From assembly GCA_030690165.1 (NCBI GenBank), contig JAUYHF010000014.1:34257-98256 (forward strand): DNA of 64,000 nt, read 5' to 3'. The number at the start of each line of letters is the position of its first letter. Position 1 is the first letter of the stretch. The notes below the pieces were generated by a model, which saw only the letters and a list, made by a program, of their open reading frames with translations, was not told the DNA's origin and did no database searches. The stretch comes from Deltaproteobacteria bacterium (GTDB lineage: Bacteria; Desulfobacterota; GWC2-55-46; UBA9637). Shown in pieces: positions 21,533 to 31,922 of the stretch. The position numbers and the translations under genes were made by a program.

Positions 21533-21620
21533 AGATTGAAGATTGAAAATTTTAAAATGACTGTTTTTCAATTTACAATTTCAAATTTGCAATTTTCAAT
21601 CTGCATTGGAGCGAAGCGAT
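21524..21620 (+). repeat. ~100-bp heptamer junction element, copy 2 (murG-murC), diverged
   Basis: TTGAATTGAAGATTGAAGATTG...TTTACAATTTC...GCATTGGAGCGAAGCGAT-ATG. Confidence 0.85.
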
Positions 21621-23042
21621 ATGTATAAGGGTCGTATAAAACATATCCATTTTATAGGTATCGGCGGCAGCGGTATGAGCGGCATCGCAGAGGTGCTTTT
21701 AAACCTCGGGTATAATATTACAGGCTCTGACATGAAAGCATCGGATATTACGCGGAGATTGGAAGGCCTTGGAGCTAAAATATTTATCGGCCACAGGCCT
21801 GAATTTATAAATGGCTCAGATGTGGTTGTCTATTCGTCCGCTGTTAAAAAAGATAATCCTGAGATTGTATCGGCAAGGGGAAAACTGATACCTGTTATCC
21901 CGAGGGCAGAGATGCTGGCAGAGCTTATGAGGATGAAATACGGCATAGCAATAGCAGGCACTCACGGAAAGACAACAACTACTTCCATGATTGCGACAAT
22001 CCTCGGCTCACACGGTATGGATCCAACCGTTGTTATAGGCGGCAAGCTCAACAGTATTGGAAGCAATGCCAGACTTGGGAAAGGTGAATTCCTTGTAGCA
22101 GAGGCGGATGAGAGCGACGGCAGTTTTTTAAAGCTTTCACCGACAATTGCAGTGGTTACAAATATTGACAGAGAGCATATGGACCATTACAGGGATATGG
22201 ATGAGGTAAGAGGCGCCTACCTTGCCTTTATAAATAAGATTCCATTTTATGGGTGCGCGGTTCTCTGCATGGATCACCCTAATATCCAGGGGCTTATCCC
22301 AAAGGTTACGAGAAGACATACAACATATGGTTTAACTGCCCAGGCGGATTTCAGCGCCAGAGACATGGAGATAAAAGGAGTTAAAACCTCATTTGATGTC
22401 TGGCAGAGGGGCAGAAAATTGGGAAGGGTTAGTGTGAAGATTCCAGGAGAACACAATGTTTATAATTCATTGGCTGCCCTAACAGTGGCAATGGAGCTTG
22501 ACATGAGTTTTGAAGAGGCAAGAGATTCCCTTTCAAATTTCAGTGGTGTGGAGAGGAGATTTCAGATTAAAGGCGAATATAACGGCATTACATTCGTTGA
22601 TGACTACGGCCATCATCCTGTTGAAATAAAGGCAACACTTAAGGCTGCAAAGGCCGGCTGGGACAACAGGGTGGTGGCAGTCTTTCAGCCTCATCGTTAT
22701 TCAAGGACAAAAGACCTTTTCCAGGAATTTTTATCCGCATTCAATGATGCGGACACCCTGGTGCTCACTGACATATATCCGGCAGGCGAGGGAAAAATAG
22801 AGGGGATTTCTTCAGAGGCGCTTTATAACAGCATAAAGGCATACGGCCATAGAGATGTAGTTTATATACCGGATAAAAAAGATATACCGGATTATTTAAA
22901 TAAAATTACAAAGCCGGGGGATATAGTTATAACGTTAGGGGCAGGCAATATATGGCAGGTATCTGAGGAGATGGTAAAGACAGTAGGCAGTAAGCAGTCA
23001 GCAGTAAGCAGCGCAAACTCAAAAGCAGGAGGTGGAATGTAA
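21621..23042 (+). CDS. murC: UDP-MurNAc-L-Ala ligase
   Basis: [39 protein letters not shown]. Confidence 0.97.
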   Translation: MYKGRIKHIHFIGIGGSGMSGIAEVLLNLGYNITGSDMKASDITRRLEGLGAKIFIGHRPEFINGSDVVVYSSAVKKDNPEIVSARGKLIPVIPRAEMLAELMRMKYGIAIAGTHGKTTTTSMIATILGSHGMDPTVVIGGKLNSIGSNARLGKGEFLVAEADESDGSFLKLSPTIAVVTNIDREHMDHYRDMDEVRGAYLAFINKIPFYGCAVLCMDHPNIQGLIPKVTRRHTTYGLTAQADFSARDMEIKGVKTSFDVWQRGRKLGRVSVKIPGEHNVYNSLAALTVAMELDMSFEEARDSLSNFSGVERRFQIKGEYNGITFVDDYGHHPVEIKATLKAAKAGWDNRVVAVFQPHRYSRTKDLFQEFLSAFNDADTLVLTDIYPAGEGKIEGISSEALYNSIKAYGHRDVVYIPDKKDIPDYLNKITKPGDIVITLGAGNIWQVSEEMVKTVGSKQSAVSSANSKAGGGM

Positions 23043-23971
23043 TGACATTTCCTATTTCTCATTCTGCGCCCCGTACTCCGCGTCCAGCGCTCTCCGGCTT
23101 CAAGGGCCGCATGCTCTTTGATGTTCCCATGAAGGATTATACATCTTTTAAGATAGGCGGGAATGCGGATGTAATGGCATTTCCAGGAGATGAGAGCGAC
23201 CTTGTGGATGTCATCCGATTTGCCTCTATTAAAGGTTTTCCTGTCTTTGTCCTTGGCAGGGGAACAAATCTATTAGTCAGGGATAACGGTGTAAGGGGCG
23301 TTGTTATAAATCTTTCTGATGGTTTTAAAGAGGTATTATGGATAGGTGACGATGAGGCATCAGTTGGCGCGGGGGTGGGGATAATTGAGTTGGTTAACCT
23401 CTGCAAGGGCAGAGGTTTTGCAGGGCTTGAGTTTGCAGTCGGTATCCCGGGGACAATAGGCGGAGCTGTTTTTATGAACGCAGGGGCATACGGCGGAGAG
23501 ATAAAGGATATTGTGAAAAGAGTGGAGACTGTTGACCTTAACGGTCAAAGGCATAGTTTTGATAAATTATCTTTGAAATTTTCCTATCGGAAATGCGAAC
23601 TGTCTGCAAATATGATTATTACAAAGGCGCATCTGAAATTTAAAAAGGACAACCCGGAAGAAATAAAAAACAGAATAAAGGAATTTAAGGAAAGACGCAA
23701 GACTACGCAGGCGATAATCCTACCCAATGCCGGCTCCATATTTAAAAATCCTCCAGGGCTTTCAGCAGGCAGGCTTATAGAGGAATCAGGCTTAAAGGGC
23801 GTTAAATCCGGAGGCGCGCAGATCTCAGAGGTTCATGGAAACTATATAGTCAATCTTGGCAATGCTACAGCAATGGATGTCCTTACCCTTATGGCAATGG
23901 CAAGGGATAAGGTTTTTAAGGTAAAGGGCATATTGCTGGAAACGGAGATAAAGGTTGTGGGGGAAGATTGA
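23042..23971 (+). CDS. murB: UDP-N-acetylenolpyruvoylglucosamine reductase
   Basis: GIPGTIGGAVFMNAGAYG, FSYR, NAGSIFKNP. Confidence 0.96.
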   Translation: MTFPISHSAPRTPRPALSGFKGRMLFDVPMKDYTSFKIGGNADVMAFPGDESDLVDVIRFASIKGFPVFVLGRGTNLLVRDNGVRGVVINLSDGFKEVLWIGDDEASVGAGVGIIELVNLCKGRGFAGLEFAVGIPGTIGGAVFMNAGAYGGEIKDIVKRVETVDLNGQRHSFDKLSLKFSYRKCELSANMIITKAHLKFKKDNPEEIKNRIKEFKERRKTTQAIILPNAGSIFKNPPGLSAGRLIEESGLKGVKSGGAQISEVHGNYIVNLGNATAMDVLTLMAMARDKVFKVKGILLETEIKVVGED

Positions 23972-24942
23972 TAAAATTGCAAATTGCAAATTTCAAATCA
24001 AAGAAAATAGGTGTTTTGATGGGTGGGATGTCTACTGAAAGGGGTATTTCGCTTAGGAGTGGTCAGGCTGTTTATGATGCCCTGATTCAAAAAGGTTACA
24101 ACGTTATAAAAATAGATGTTGGAAAGGATGTTTATGAACAGCTCACCAAAGAAAAGATAGATATGGCATTTATAGCCCTTCATGGAAAATACGGCGAGGA
24201 CGGGGCTATTCAGGGCTTATTAGAGATAATCGGGGTTCCATATACCGGGTCAGGTATCATGTCAAGCGCAGTATGCGCAAATAAGGTAGTGGCAAAAAAA
24301 TTTTTTATGCTTAACAAAATACCAACCCCTGCATTTATGAGTTTAGGAGTTAAGGGGTTAAAAAACATGGGTGTTGAATCTTTCATATCCATGTTTAAAG
24401 CCCCTGGCTCCCACCTTATTGTAAAGCCTAATTCGCAGGGCTCTACCATTGGTGTAACCGTGGTAAAGAATAAAAGCGATTTGGCAAAGGCAGTAAAAAA
24501 GGCTTTGCGCTACGATGATACTGTGTTGATAGAGAGATTTGTAAAGGGCAGGGAACTGACTGTCGGCATATTAAACGGCAGAACATTGCCGGTTATAGAG
24601 ATAAGACCGAAGGGCGGGATATACGATTTCAAGGCAAAGTACACAAAGGGTATGACAGAATATATTGCCCCTGCCCCGCTTCCAAAGACGCTTGAGAAAA
24701 AGGTGAATAGTATCGCCTTGAAGGCATTCGATAGCCTTGGATGCCGCGGCGCTGCAAGGGTTGATATAATGCTTGATTATAAAAACAGGCCGTATGTGCT
24801 GGAGGTGAATACCATACCCGGTATGACCGAAATGAGCCTCCTTCCAAAGGCCGCTCTTTGCGCAGGCATAAGTTTTCCGGAGATGGTGGAAGAGATTTTG
24901 ATGGGGGGTATAAAACATTTTCGGGGCAAAGGAATGGCATGA
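23968..24942 (+). CDS. ddl: D-Ala-D-Ala ligase
   Basis: GGMSTER, LHGKYGEDG, YDFKAKY, LEVNTIPGMT. Confidence 0.96.
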   Translation: MIKLQIANFKSKKIGVLMGGMSTERGISLRSGQAVYDALIQKGYNVIKIDVGKDVYEQLTKEKIDMAFIALHGKYGEDGAIQGLLEIIGVPYTGSGIMSSAVCANKVVAKKFFMLNKIPTPAFMSLGVKGLKNMGVESFISMFKAPGSHLIVKPNSQGSTIGVTVVKNKSDLAKAVKKALRYDDTVLIERFVKGRELTVGILNGRTLPVIEIRPKGGIYDFKAKYTKGMTEYIAPAPLPKTLEKKVNSIALKAFDSLGCRGAARVDIMLDYKNRPYVLEVNTIPGMTEMSLLPKAALCAGISFPEMVEEILMGGIKHFRGKGMA

Positions 24943-25754
24943 TGGATTTTAAGAAAAAACCAAGAAACATCCGAAGAAAAGAACCTTTGCCAAGAAGGAT
25001 ATTGCGGACGCTTAAATCAAGAGGCGCTGTCCGTATTTTCAAGGCAGGGGTATGCCTTGTTTTTGCGCTGCTTATTGTTTTTGGCTCATTGCATATATAT
25101 CATGAACTTTTGAAGAGTCCGTATCTTGCGATTAAGGAAATAAAGGTCGGCGGCAACATGAGGGTATCCAGAGCGGAGATTTTAGAGCTGGCCGGCGTCA
25201 ATATTGGTGATAATCTTCTTGAAATAAATGCGGCTGATATTAAAAAAGGCATCAGGGTTAATCCATGGGTGTCCGAGGTAAATGTTGCAAGAAATTTTCC
25301 GGATAGGCTTAACATAGAGATAAAAGAAGGAAGGCCTGTTGCGTTTATCAATCTCGACGGCCTTTATCTTGTTGATGAAAACGGGAGAATATTCAAAAAG
25401 ACCTCTATGGGAGATGATATTGACCTCCCTATCATCACAGGTCTTACAAGGGAGGATATTGAGGCCGGTGGGAAGACATCTGAACTTGCGATAAAGGCGA
25501 TAAATCTCATACATCTTCTGGCAAAAAATGGAATTTTTACCCATGATGAACTATCAGAAATAAATATTGACAAGACATACGGCCTTACACTCTACACAAT
25601 GCAGCAAGGGACAAGGATTGAGATTGGCGAAGAGGATTTTACAGAGAAACTTGCAAGGCTTGAGAGGATAATACAGTCAAGAAACGGCCTTGCAGACGTA
25701 GAGTTTATAGGTTTGAACTATAACAGGGGGGTAGTGGTAAGATTAACCTCTTAA
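24939..25754 (+). CDS. ftsQ: Cell division protein FtsQ
   Basis: TM plus POTRA domain (PWVSEVNVARNFPDRL), LPIITG; position in cluster. Confidence 0.88.
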   Translation: MMDFKKKPRNIRRKEPLPRRILRTLKSRGAVRIFKAGVCLVFALLIVFGSLHIYHELLKSPYLAIKEIKVGGNMRVSRAEILELAGVNIGDNLLEINAADIKKGIRVNPWVSEVNVARNFPDRLNIEIKEGRPVAFINLDGLYLVDENGRIFKKTSMGDDIDLPIITGLTREDIEAGGKTSELAIKAINLIHLLAKNGIFTHDELSEINIDKTYGLTLYTMQQGTRIEIGEEDFTEKLARLERIIQSRNGLADVEFIGLNYNRGVVVRLTS

Positions 25755-25770
25755 AAGTTACAAGATTCAA

Positions 25771-25870
25771 GTAGGGGAGAGACCCTTGTGGTCTCCAGTG
25801 GCACAGGCCAGCCTGTTATGACAGGCAAGATGCCTGTCCCACGACAGGAGGGGACAAGCCCTTCCCCTAC
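25771..25870. repeat. Nested REP-like doublets between ftsQ and ftsA
   Basis: Outer GTAGGGGA...TCCCCTAC; inner GTGGCACAGGC...GCCTGTCCCAC (25798-25842). Confidence 0.75.
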
Positions 25871-25897
25871 AGGAAACAGAGGGGGTGATAAAAGAGA

Positions 25898-27124
25898 ATG
25901 GCAAAGAAGGATAATATAATCGTTGGTCTTGATATTGGAACAACAAAGATATGCGCCATTGTTGGAGAGGTAAAACAGGAGGGGCTGGAGATTATAGGCA
26001 TAGGCACACACCCTTCAAAGGGCTTGCGAAAAGGCGTGGTGGTAAATATAGATTCCACAGTCCAGTCTATAAGAAAGGCCGTGGAAGAGGCTGAGCTTAT
26101 GGCGGGATGCGAGATAAATACGGCTTATGTCGGTATTGCGGGCGGACACATAAAGGGATTTAACAGCCACGGCGTTATAGCTGTAAAGGATAAGGAGATA
26201 ACAAAGGCTGACATAGCAAGGGTTATAGAGGCTGCTCAGGCCGTAACCATTCCAACAGACAGGGAGGTTATACATATAATACCTCAGGAGTATATCCTTG
26301 ACCAGCAGGACTGCATACAGGAACCGCTTGGCATGACAGGAACAAGGCTTGAGGCAAAGGTTCACATAGTTACTGCTGCGGTTGCATCAGCGCAGAATAT
26401 CGTAAAGAGCGTGAATAAGGCCGGTCTTGCCGTAGCGGATATTGTCCTTCAGCAGATAGCAAGCAGCGAGGCGGTGTTAGGCCATGATGAAAAAGACCTT
26501 GGCGTTGCGCTGATTGATGTTGGAGGCGGAACCACAGATATAGCCATATACCATAACGGAACCATAAAACATACTGCGGTTATATCGCTTGGAGGGAATC
26601 AGATTACAGGGGATATCGCTGTAGGCATCAGAACGCCTGCCGAGGAGGCGGAAAAGATAAAGAAAAAGTTCGGCTGCTGCATGATATCAATGATAGATAA
26701 GGATGAAACCGTAGAGGTGCCCGGCGTTGGGGGCAGGAAACCAAGGATTGTTTCAAGGCAGATTTTAGGAGAAATTATTGAGCCAAGGGTAGAAGAGCTT
26801 TTCCAGCTTGCAAATCAGGAGATAGTCAAATCAGGTTATGAAAGTGTAATAGTGTCAGGAATTGTGCTTACAGGCGGAACAGCTATTATGGATGGCATGG
26901 TTGAGCTGGCAGAGCAGATTTTTAATCTTCCTGTCAGAAGAGGCATGCCAACAGGCATCGGCGGACTTGTTGATGTTGTGAGGAGCCCAATGTATTCCAC
27001 AGGCGTGGGGCTGGTTTTGTATGGCAAAAAACATTCGACAATAGCAGTGTTTGAAAGGGGGGATAAACAGGTATTCAACAAACTGCTTGAAAGGATGAAG
27101 GGATGGTTCAAAGAGTTCTTCTAA
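25898..27124 (+). CDS. ftsA: Cell division protein FtsA
   Basis: GLDIGTTK, DVGGGTTD, VLTGG, C-terminal WFKEFF amphipathic helix. Confidence 0.97.
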   Translation: MAKKDNIIVGLDIGTTKICAIVGEVKQEGLEIIGIGTHPSKGLRKGVVVNIDSTVQSIRKAVEEAELMAGCEINTAYVGIAGGHIKGFNSHGVIAVKDKEITKADIARVIEAAQAVTIPTDREVIHIIPQEYILDQQDCIQEPLGMTGTRLEAKVHIVTAAVASAQNIVKSVNKAGLAVADIVLQQIASSEAVLGHDEKDLGVALIDVGGGTTDIAIYHNGTIKHTAVISLGGNQITGDIAVGIRTPAEEAEKIKKKFGCCMISMIDKDETVEVPGVGGRKPRIVSRQILGEIIEPRVEELFQLANQEIVKSGYESVIVSGIVLTGGTAIMDGMVELAEQIFNLPVRRGMPTGIGGLVDVVRSPMYSTGVGLVLYGKKHSTIAVFERGDKQVFNKLLERMKGWFKEFF

Positions 27125-27190
27125 TTACGAATTGCGATTTCGGATTGCGGATTCTAAATCCCAAATCCGAATTCTGCAATCCGCAATCTA
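27123..27190. repeat. Inverted heptamer array (ATTGCGG/CCGCAAT) between ftsA and ftsZ
   Basis: aattacgaattgcgatttcggattgcggatt...aatcccaaatccgaattctgcaatccgcaatc. Confidence 0.85.
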
Positions 27191-27205
27191 AAAAAGGAGG
27201 TATAT

Positions 27206-28372
27206 ATGATTGAATTAGCCGATAGTTTTAACAAAGGGGCAAAGATTAAGGTCATAGGAGTCGGAGGATGCGGCGGCAATGCCATCAATACAATGATAGA
27301 ATGTCAGCTTGAGGGGGTGGAATTTCTGACTGCCAATACAGACGCCCAGGCCCTCGGCCTATCAAAGGCGCCTGTAAAGATTCAATTAGGTGAAAATCTG
27401 ACAAAAGGCCTTGGCGCAGGGGCAAACCCTGAGATAGGCAGAAACTCAGCCATAGAAAGCAGAGACAGGCTCATGGAGGCATTAGCTGGGGCTGATATGG
27501 TCTTTATCACGGCAGGCATGGGCGGCGGCACAGGCACAGGCGGCGCGCCCATTGTGGCAGAAGTGGCTAAAGAGGTTGGCGCCCTCGTAGTTGCAGTTGT
27601 AACAAAACCATTTACCTTTGAGGGAAAGAAGAAGATGAGACAGTCAGATGAAGGGCTAAAGGCGCTCAAGGGGGCGGTAGACACTGTTATAACCATTCCG
27701 AATCAGAGGCTCTTGTCCATCGCAGAGAAGACCACTCCCCTTCCCAATGCGTTTAAAAAGGCGGACGAGATATTGTATCAGGCTGTAAAGGGAATATCGG
27801 ATGTTATAACAATCCACGGGCTTGTAAATGTGGACTTTGCCGACGTCAGAACCATAATGAGTGAGATGGGGCTTGCGCTTATGGGTTCAGGCGTTGCCCG
27901 CGGGGATAACAGAGCGGTGGAGGCTGCAAGAAAGGCCATATCCAGCCCGCTTTTGGAGGATATCTCCATTAATGGGGCAAAGGGCGTGCTTATAAACATC
28001 ACCGGCTCATCTGACATAACCCTGCATGAGGTAAATGAGGCCTCAATGCTTATTCAGGAAGAGGCGCACGAGGATGCCCATATTATCTTCGGCGCAGTAA
28101 TTGATGAAAAGATGGGTGAAGAGGTCAGGGTTACTGTCATTGCCACAGGTTTTGGGAAAGAAGAGGGCAAAAGGGTATCGCCTATAAAATACATCGCGCC
28201 GGCTGTTATTGTCGGCGACATGGATATCCCAACTATTATCAGAAGAGAGAAACAAAAAAAATTAGAGGTGGGAACAGCGGAGGTTCAAAGGCTCAGGCCC
28301 CTTGGCGGTTTCAATGTCATTGACGAGGACGCCTACGATACACCGACATTTTTGAGAAAGCAGGCGGATTAA
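27206..28372 (+). CDS. ftsZ: Cell division protein FtsZ
   Basis: [16 protein letters not shown]-terminal [11 protein letters not shown]. Confidence 0.98.
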   Translation: MIELADSFNKGAKIKVIGVGGCGGNAINTMIECQLEGVEFLTANTDAQALGLSKAPVKIQLGENLTKGLGAGANPEIGRNSAIESRDRLMEALAGADMVFITAGMGGGTGTGGAPIVAEVAKEVGALVVAVVTKPFTFEGKKKMRQSDEGLKALKGAVDTVITIPNQRLLSIAEKTTPLPNAFKKADEILYQAVKGISDVITIHGLVNVDFADVRTIMSEMGLALMGSGVARGDNRAVEAARKAISSPLLEDISINGAKGVLINITGSSDITLHEVNEASMLIQEEAHEDAHIIFGAVIDEKMGEEVRVTVIATGFGKEEGKRVSPIKYIAPAVIVGDMDIPTIIRREKQKKLEVGTAEVQRLRPLGGFNVIDEDAYDTPTFLRKQAD

Positions 28373-28396
28373 GCAGCTCACGCTGCACTCAACATA

Positions 28397-28560
28397 TTGT
28401 AGTTGCCCAATTCATTGGGCGCATTTTGTAACTCAAGGCTTTAGCCTTGAAAACTCAAACCTGAAGGTTTGAGTTACAAACGCCGATAAACTTGTCCCTG
28501 CAAGTATTAAGCAGGGATCGGCAAGCTACAATGGCCTTGCATCTGAGCAATTTTTGAGCG
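28397..28560. repeat. Nested palindromic repeat cluster after ftsZ
   Basis: TTGTAGTTGCC...GGCAAGCTACAA enclosing TTTGTAACTCAA...TTGAGTTACAAA and a 27-nt hairpin (28491-28517). Confidence 0.8.
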
Positions 28561-28780
28561 TAAACTGGATTAAGGCAATTTGAATCTGATATTACAGTTG
28601 CGCCACACCCTCACCCAAACCCTTCATGGGACTATTTTGTGTAGTTTTGTCTGCCTTGGTAATCCTATCCGCCAAATTGCCATTTCATAAAACCCTTGAT
28701 TCTCAAAGTATTTTAGCATATGCTTAATTTAATATTGGGACAATAATGTTGATGTAAATATAAAATAAGGAGTGTGTGCT

Positions 28781-29002
28781 ATGGGAACAATCAATGATGA
28801 ATTTGCGGCAAAGATTAAATCTTTGCCGGACAGTGAAAAGATAGAACTGGTAGATTCTATTTTGATGCAGCTTGACAAACCTGACCCTGAGATTGACCGC
28901 ATTTGGGCAGATGAGGCGCGAAAACGTTGGCAGGCATACAAGTCGGGGAAAATAGAAACAGTAAGCTATGAGCAGGTAATGGATAAATATCGCACCAGAT
29001 GA
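28781..29002 (+). CDS. Addiction-module antitoxin
   Basis: LPDSEKIELVD...EIDRIWADEARKR; overlaps the downstream RelE/ParE gene. Confidence 0.8.
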   Translation: MGTINDEFAAKIKSLPDSEKIELVDSILMQLDKPDPEIDRIWADEARKRWQAYKSGKIETVSYEQVMDKYRTR

Positions 29003-29310
29003 AAGTCCGTTTTTTAAAACCCGCGCAATCTGAGGTTGATGATGCTGTTGCATGGTATAATTTCCAATCGCGCGGTTTGGGAATGCAATTTTTAGATGAT
29101 ATTGACCGTGCAATCAGAAGAATAGCGTCATACCCTCTCTCAAATGTGGAAATAGAACAAGGGCTTCGCCGCTGTCTGCTTTCACGATTTTCCTATGGAA
29201 TCATTTACGGCATTGACTCAGAAACAATTATTGTTGTTGCGGTAGCGCATTTGCATAGGGAACCGCGATATTGGATTGACAGGATAGTTGGTCAAAAACA
29301 AGAAGAGTGA
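28999..29310 (+). CDS. RelE/ParE family toxin
   Basis: FLKPAQSEVDDAVAWY...RFSYGIIY...AVAHLHREPRYW. Confidence 0.85.
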   Translation: MKVRFLKPAQSEVDDAVAWYNFQSRGLGMQFLDDIDRAIRRIASYPLSNVEIEQGLRRCLLSRFSYGIIYGIDSETIIVVAVAHLHREPRYWIDRIVGQKQEE

Positions 29311-29424
29311 ATTACCCGCCAGCAAAATGATGCCTTATTATACTCAGGGCAATACAGATATTCTGAAACTGCATAAAACCGACTTCCTCTGTTTTCGCAA
29401 ATGCCCTGCTGATATAGTTCTCAA

Positions 29425-29622
29425 ATCCTATGACCGGGCGATTGAGGATTATAACAAGATAATCCAGTTAGACCCAAATGCTACTCAAGCCTACTACCAT
29501 CGTGGCTTGCTTATGAGAGATTAGGGAATAAGAGCATGGCAATTTCTGATTTCAAAAAGGCATGTGATTTGGGGCTTGAAGTTGGGTGCGAGAATTTGCA
29601 GAGGGTTTTAAGGCAGAAGTAA
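29425..29622 (+). pseudogene. TPR protein C-terminal fragment with frameshift
   Basis: YDRAIEDYNKIIQLDPNATQAYYHRG, continuing in another frame as AYERLGNKSMAISDFKKACDLG. Confidence 0.7.
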
Positions 29623-29702
29623 TGAGAAAATAAACATTAGATGAGTCGTTGTGCGTCTATATTGGTTGTAATGGTTTTCTTAATTAAATAAAGAGCTATC
29701 TT

Positions 29703-31181
29703 ATGGCTATCGTCAAATCAGAAGGTTTGACACCTACTGAAAGACTGCTATCAGGTCTTTGTGAGCGCTCATTCCTAAAGCTATGGAGTTATCCCAATCC
29801 ATTTAAAGATGACCGGGATGAACTCTGTGATCTCCTCGCTGTTTTTGAAAATCACGTATTCATATTTTTTGATCGAGAGAATCTATCACTCGGTAAAGAA
29901 AAGAATGATCCGGTGGTTAATTGGAACCGTTGGAAAAGAGAGGTGATTGATGCTCAAACTCGCACTGCACACGGCGCTGAAAAATACATTGAAAGCGGGC
30001 GCGGCATTTTTTTAGATAAAGATTTAACGGTTCCATATCCTATCGCTATAGATCGCAAGAAAATGATTGTGCACAATATCATAATCGCGCATGGAGCGAA
30101 AGAGGCTTGTGAAAAATTCTCTGATGATAACGTATACGGTAGCCTGGCAGTTTTATATGGAAACAGCGGGTCTAATCTTCCTTTCCCGTTCTTGATACAT
30201 ATAGACAAAGAAAAGCCTGTCCATGTATTCGATAGTCATAACCTTCCTATAATTTTTAGTGAGCTAGATACCTTCTTTGATTTCTCGTCATATCTTGACG
30301 CAAAGATAGATGCGATTAAATCGCACGATGCATTGTTTTATTGTGGTGAAGAAGATTTACTTGCTAACTACTTCCTAAACTTTGACAAATCAAAGAAGAA
30401 GCACTTCATCGGGACATCGAAAAAAGATGTCAATTTTCTGATGATTGGTGAAGGAGGATGGAAAAACTTCATTGAGCGAGAAATTTACAAAAATAAAAAA
30501 TCGGCTGACAAAATATCATATCTTTGGGATGAATTAATCCAAAGAACTTGCCAGAACACCCTTGACGGCACCTTGCTTGGAAACTCCACGCCACTAAGAG
30601 GACAGAGTGCGATCCATGAAATGGCTAAAGAGCCACGCTTCAGCCGCCGTGCTTTATCTGAACACATAATTCAAGCAATTCGCAACTTTCCTGAGTCCGC
30701 GCAGCCAATAATGCGATATTTGTCTTTTATGCCCTCATTTTACAATGAAAAGGGTTATGTTTTTTTGCAACTGAAATTTGATAGGATTACTGACTATGAA
30801 AGTGACTACCGGCCAAAGCGGCAAGCAATGCTTGAAATCGCCTGTGGCGCAGCAAAAAATAAGTTTGAGCATCTGAAGACAGTTATTGGCATTGCTATCG
30901 ATGCCCCCAAATATACAAAGAGGAACTCTGAAGACTTTATTTTGATGGATTGCACTCATTGGCCTGATGACCGCCGAGAAGATTATGAAAAGGCAAATGA
31001 GGGTCTCGGCTTCTTTAAATCTGACACTCTTACCATGCAGAAGAAAACCGTACAGAATTTCCCATCTTTGAAAAAAGAATCTAAAAGTTTAGGGCGTATA
31101 AAGGTTGGCCGCAATGCACTTTGTCCATGCGGCTCCGGCAAAAAATATAAAAAATGCTGCATTGATGTTGGAGCTAAATGA
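29703..31181 (+). CDS. Hypothetical protein with NERD-like N-terminus and C-terminal SEC-C zinc motif
   Basis: ELCDLLAVFENHVFIF; KVGRNALCPCGSGKKYKKCC. Confidence 0.7.
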   Translation: MAIVKSEGLTPTERLLSGLCERSFLKLWSYPNPFKDDRDELCDLLAVFENHVFIFFDRENLSLGKEKNDPVVNWNRWKREVIDAQTRTAHGAEKYIESGRGIFLDKDLTVPYPIAIDRKKMIVHNIIIAHGAKEACEKFSDDNVYGSLAVLYGNSGSNLPFPFLIHIDKEKPVHVFDSHNLPIIFSELDTFFDFSSYLDAKIDAIKSHDALFYCGEEDLLANYFLNFDKSKKKHFIGTSKKDVNFLMIGEGGWKNFIEREIYKNKKSADKISYLWDELIQRTCQNTLDGTLLGNSTPLRGQSAIHEMAKEPRFSRRALSEHIIQAIRNFPESAQPIMRYLSFMPSFYNEKGYVFLQLKFDRITDYESDYRPKRQAMLEIACGAAKNKFEHLKTVIGIAIDAPKYTKRNSEDFILMDCTHWPDDRREDYEKANEGLGFFKSDTLTMQKKTVQNFPSLKKESKSLGRIKVGRNALCPCGSGKKYKKCCIDVGAK

Positions 31182-31346
31182 AAAACTGTACAACAAATCA
31201 CTTCAGCGGACTGGAATATAAGGGATAATGGGGCGTCGCTCAAAACAAAGCCGGAGAAGATACGGATTGAGGGTCATTCCCCATATCTTTATTGAAGACG
31301 ATTTGAATCATCAGAAACAACAGCAGCACCTTATTTATAAACAGAC

Positions 31347-31477
31347 GAGCCTCTTGCGAAACTGTCTGTCATCCCCGAATGCTTCTATCGGGGATATGGT
31401 TTTTCAAGCGATTAGAAACAGATTCTCGCTCAGAAGCTATGCAGGAATGACAGAATTGGGACTTTTGCAAGAACCTC
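31347..31477. repeat. Composite palindromic element
   Basis: Outer GAGCCTCTTGCGAAA...TTTTGCAAGAACCTC; inner CTGTCATCCCCG...GGAATGACAG. Confidence 0.7.
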
Positions 31478-31503
31478 AGGCATTAGACGGTTTAATCAAC
31501 GCC

Positions 31504-31922
31504 ATTTTGGCAAATATTTATGGGGTAACTACAAAGCGGCTTAATGAACAAGTAAAAAAAACCGAGAACGTTTCCCGGAAGATTTTATGTTTCAATTAAC
31601 GAAAGAAGAAAAAGATGAGGTGGTCGCAAATTGCGACCACCTTAAAAAGCTTAAATATTCTCCTGTTCTGCCAAATGCATTTACAGAACACGGGGCAATT
31701 ATGATTGCCACTATTTTAAATAGTCCTGTTGCTGTTCAGGCGAGCATCCATGTTGTAAGGGCATTTGTCAAACTCCGACAGATACTTGCCTCTAACAAAG
31801 AACTTTCTAAACGGTTTGATGAACTCGAAAAGAAATATGACACCCAGTTTAAGGTGGTCTTTGATGCCATCCGTCAATTGATGACTCCACCAGAACCGAA
31901 AAGGAGAAAGATAGGCTTTTGA
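31504..31922 (+). pseudogene. ORF6N/KilA-N domain gene, 5'-truncated and frameshifted
   Basis: LANIYGVTTKRLNEQVK, frameshift in the A8 run near 31560, then RERFPEDFMFQL...AFTEHGA...RRKIGF. Confidence 0.8.

Noticed and set aside
31540..31600. Programmed frameshift in the ORF6N A-run
   Set aside because: The gene also lacks its 5' end, so decay is the simpler explanation
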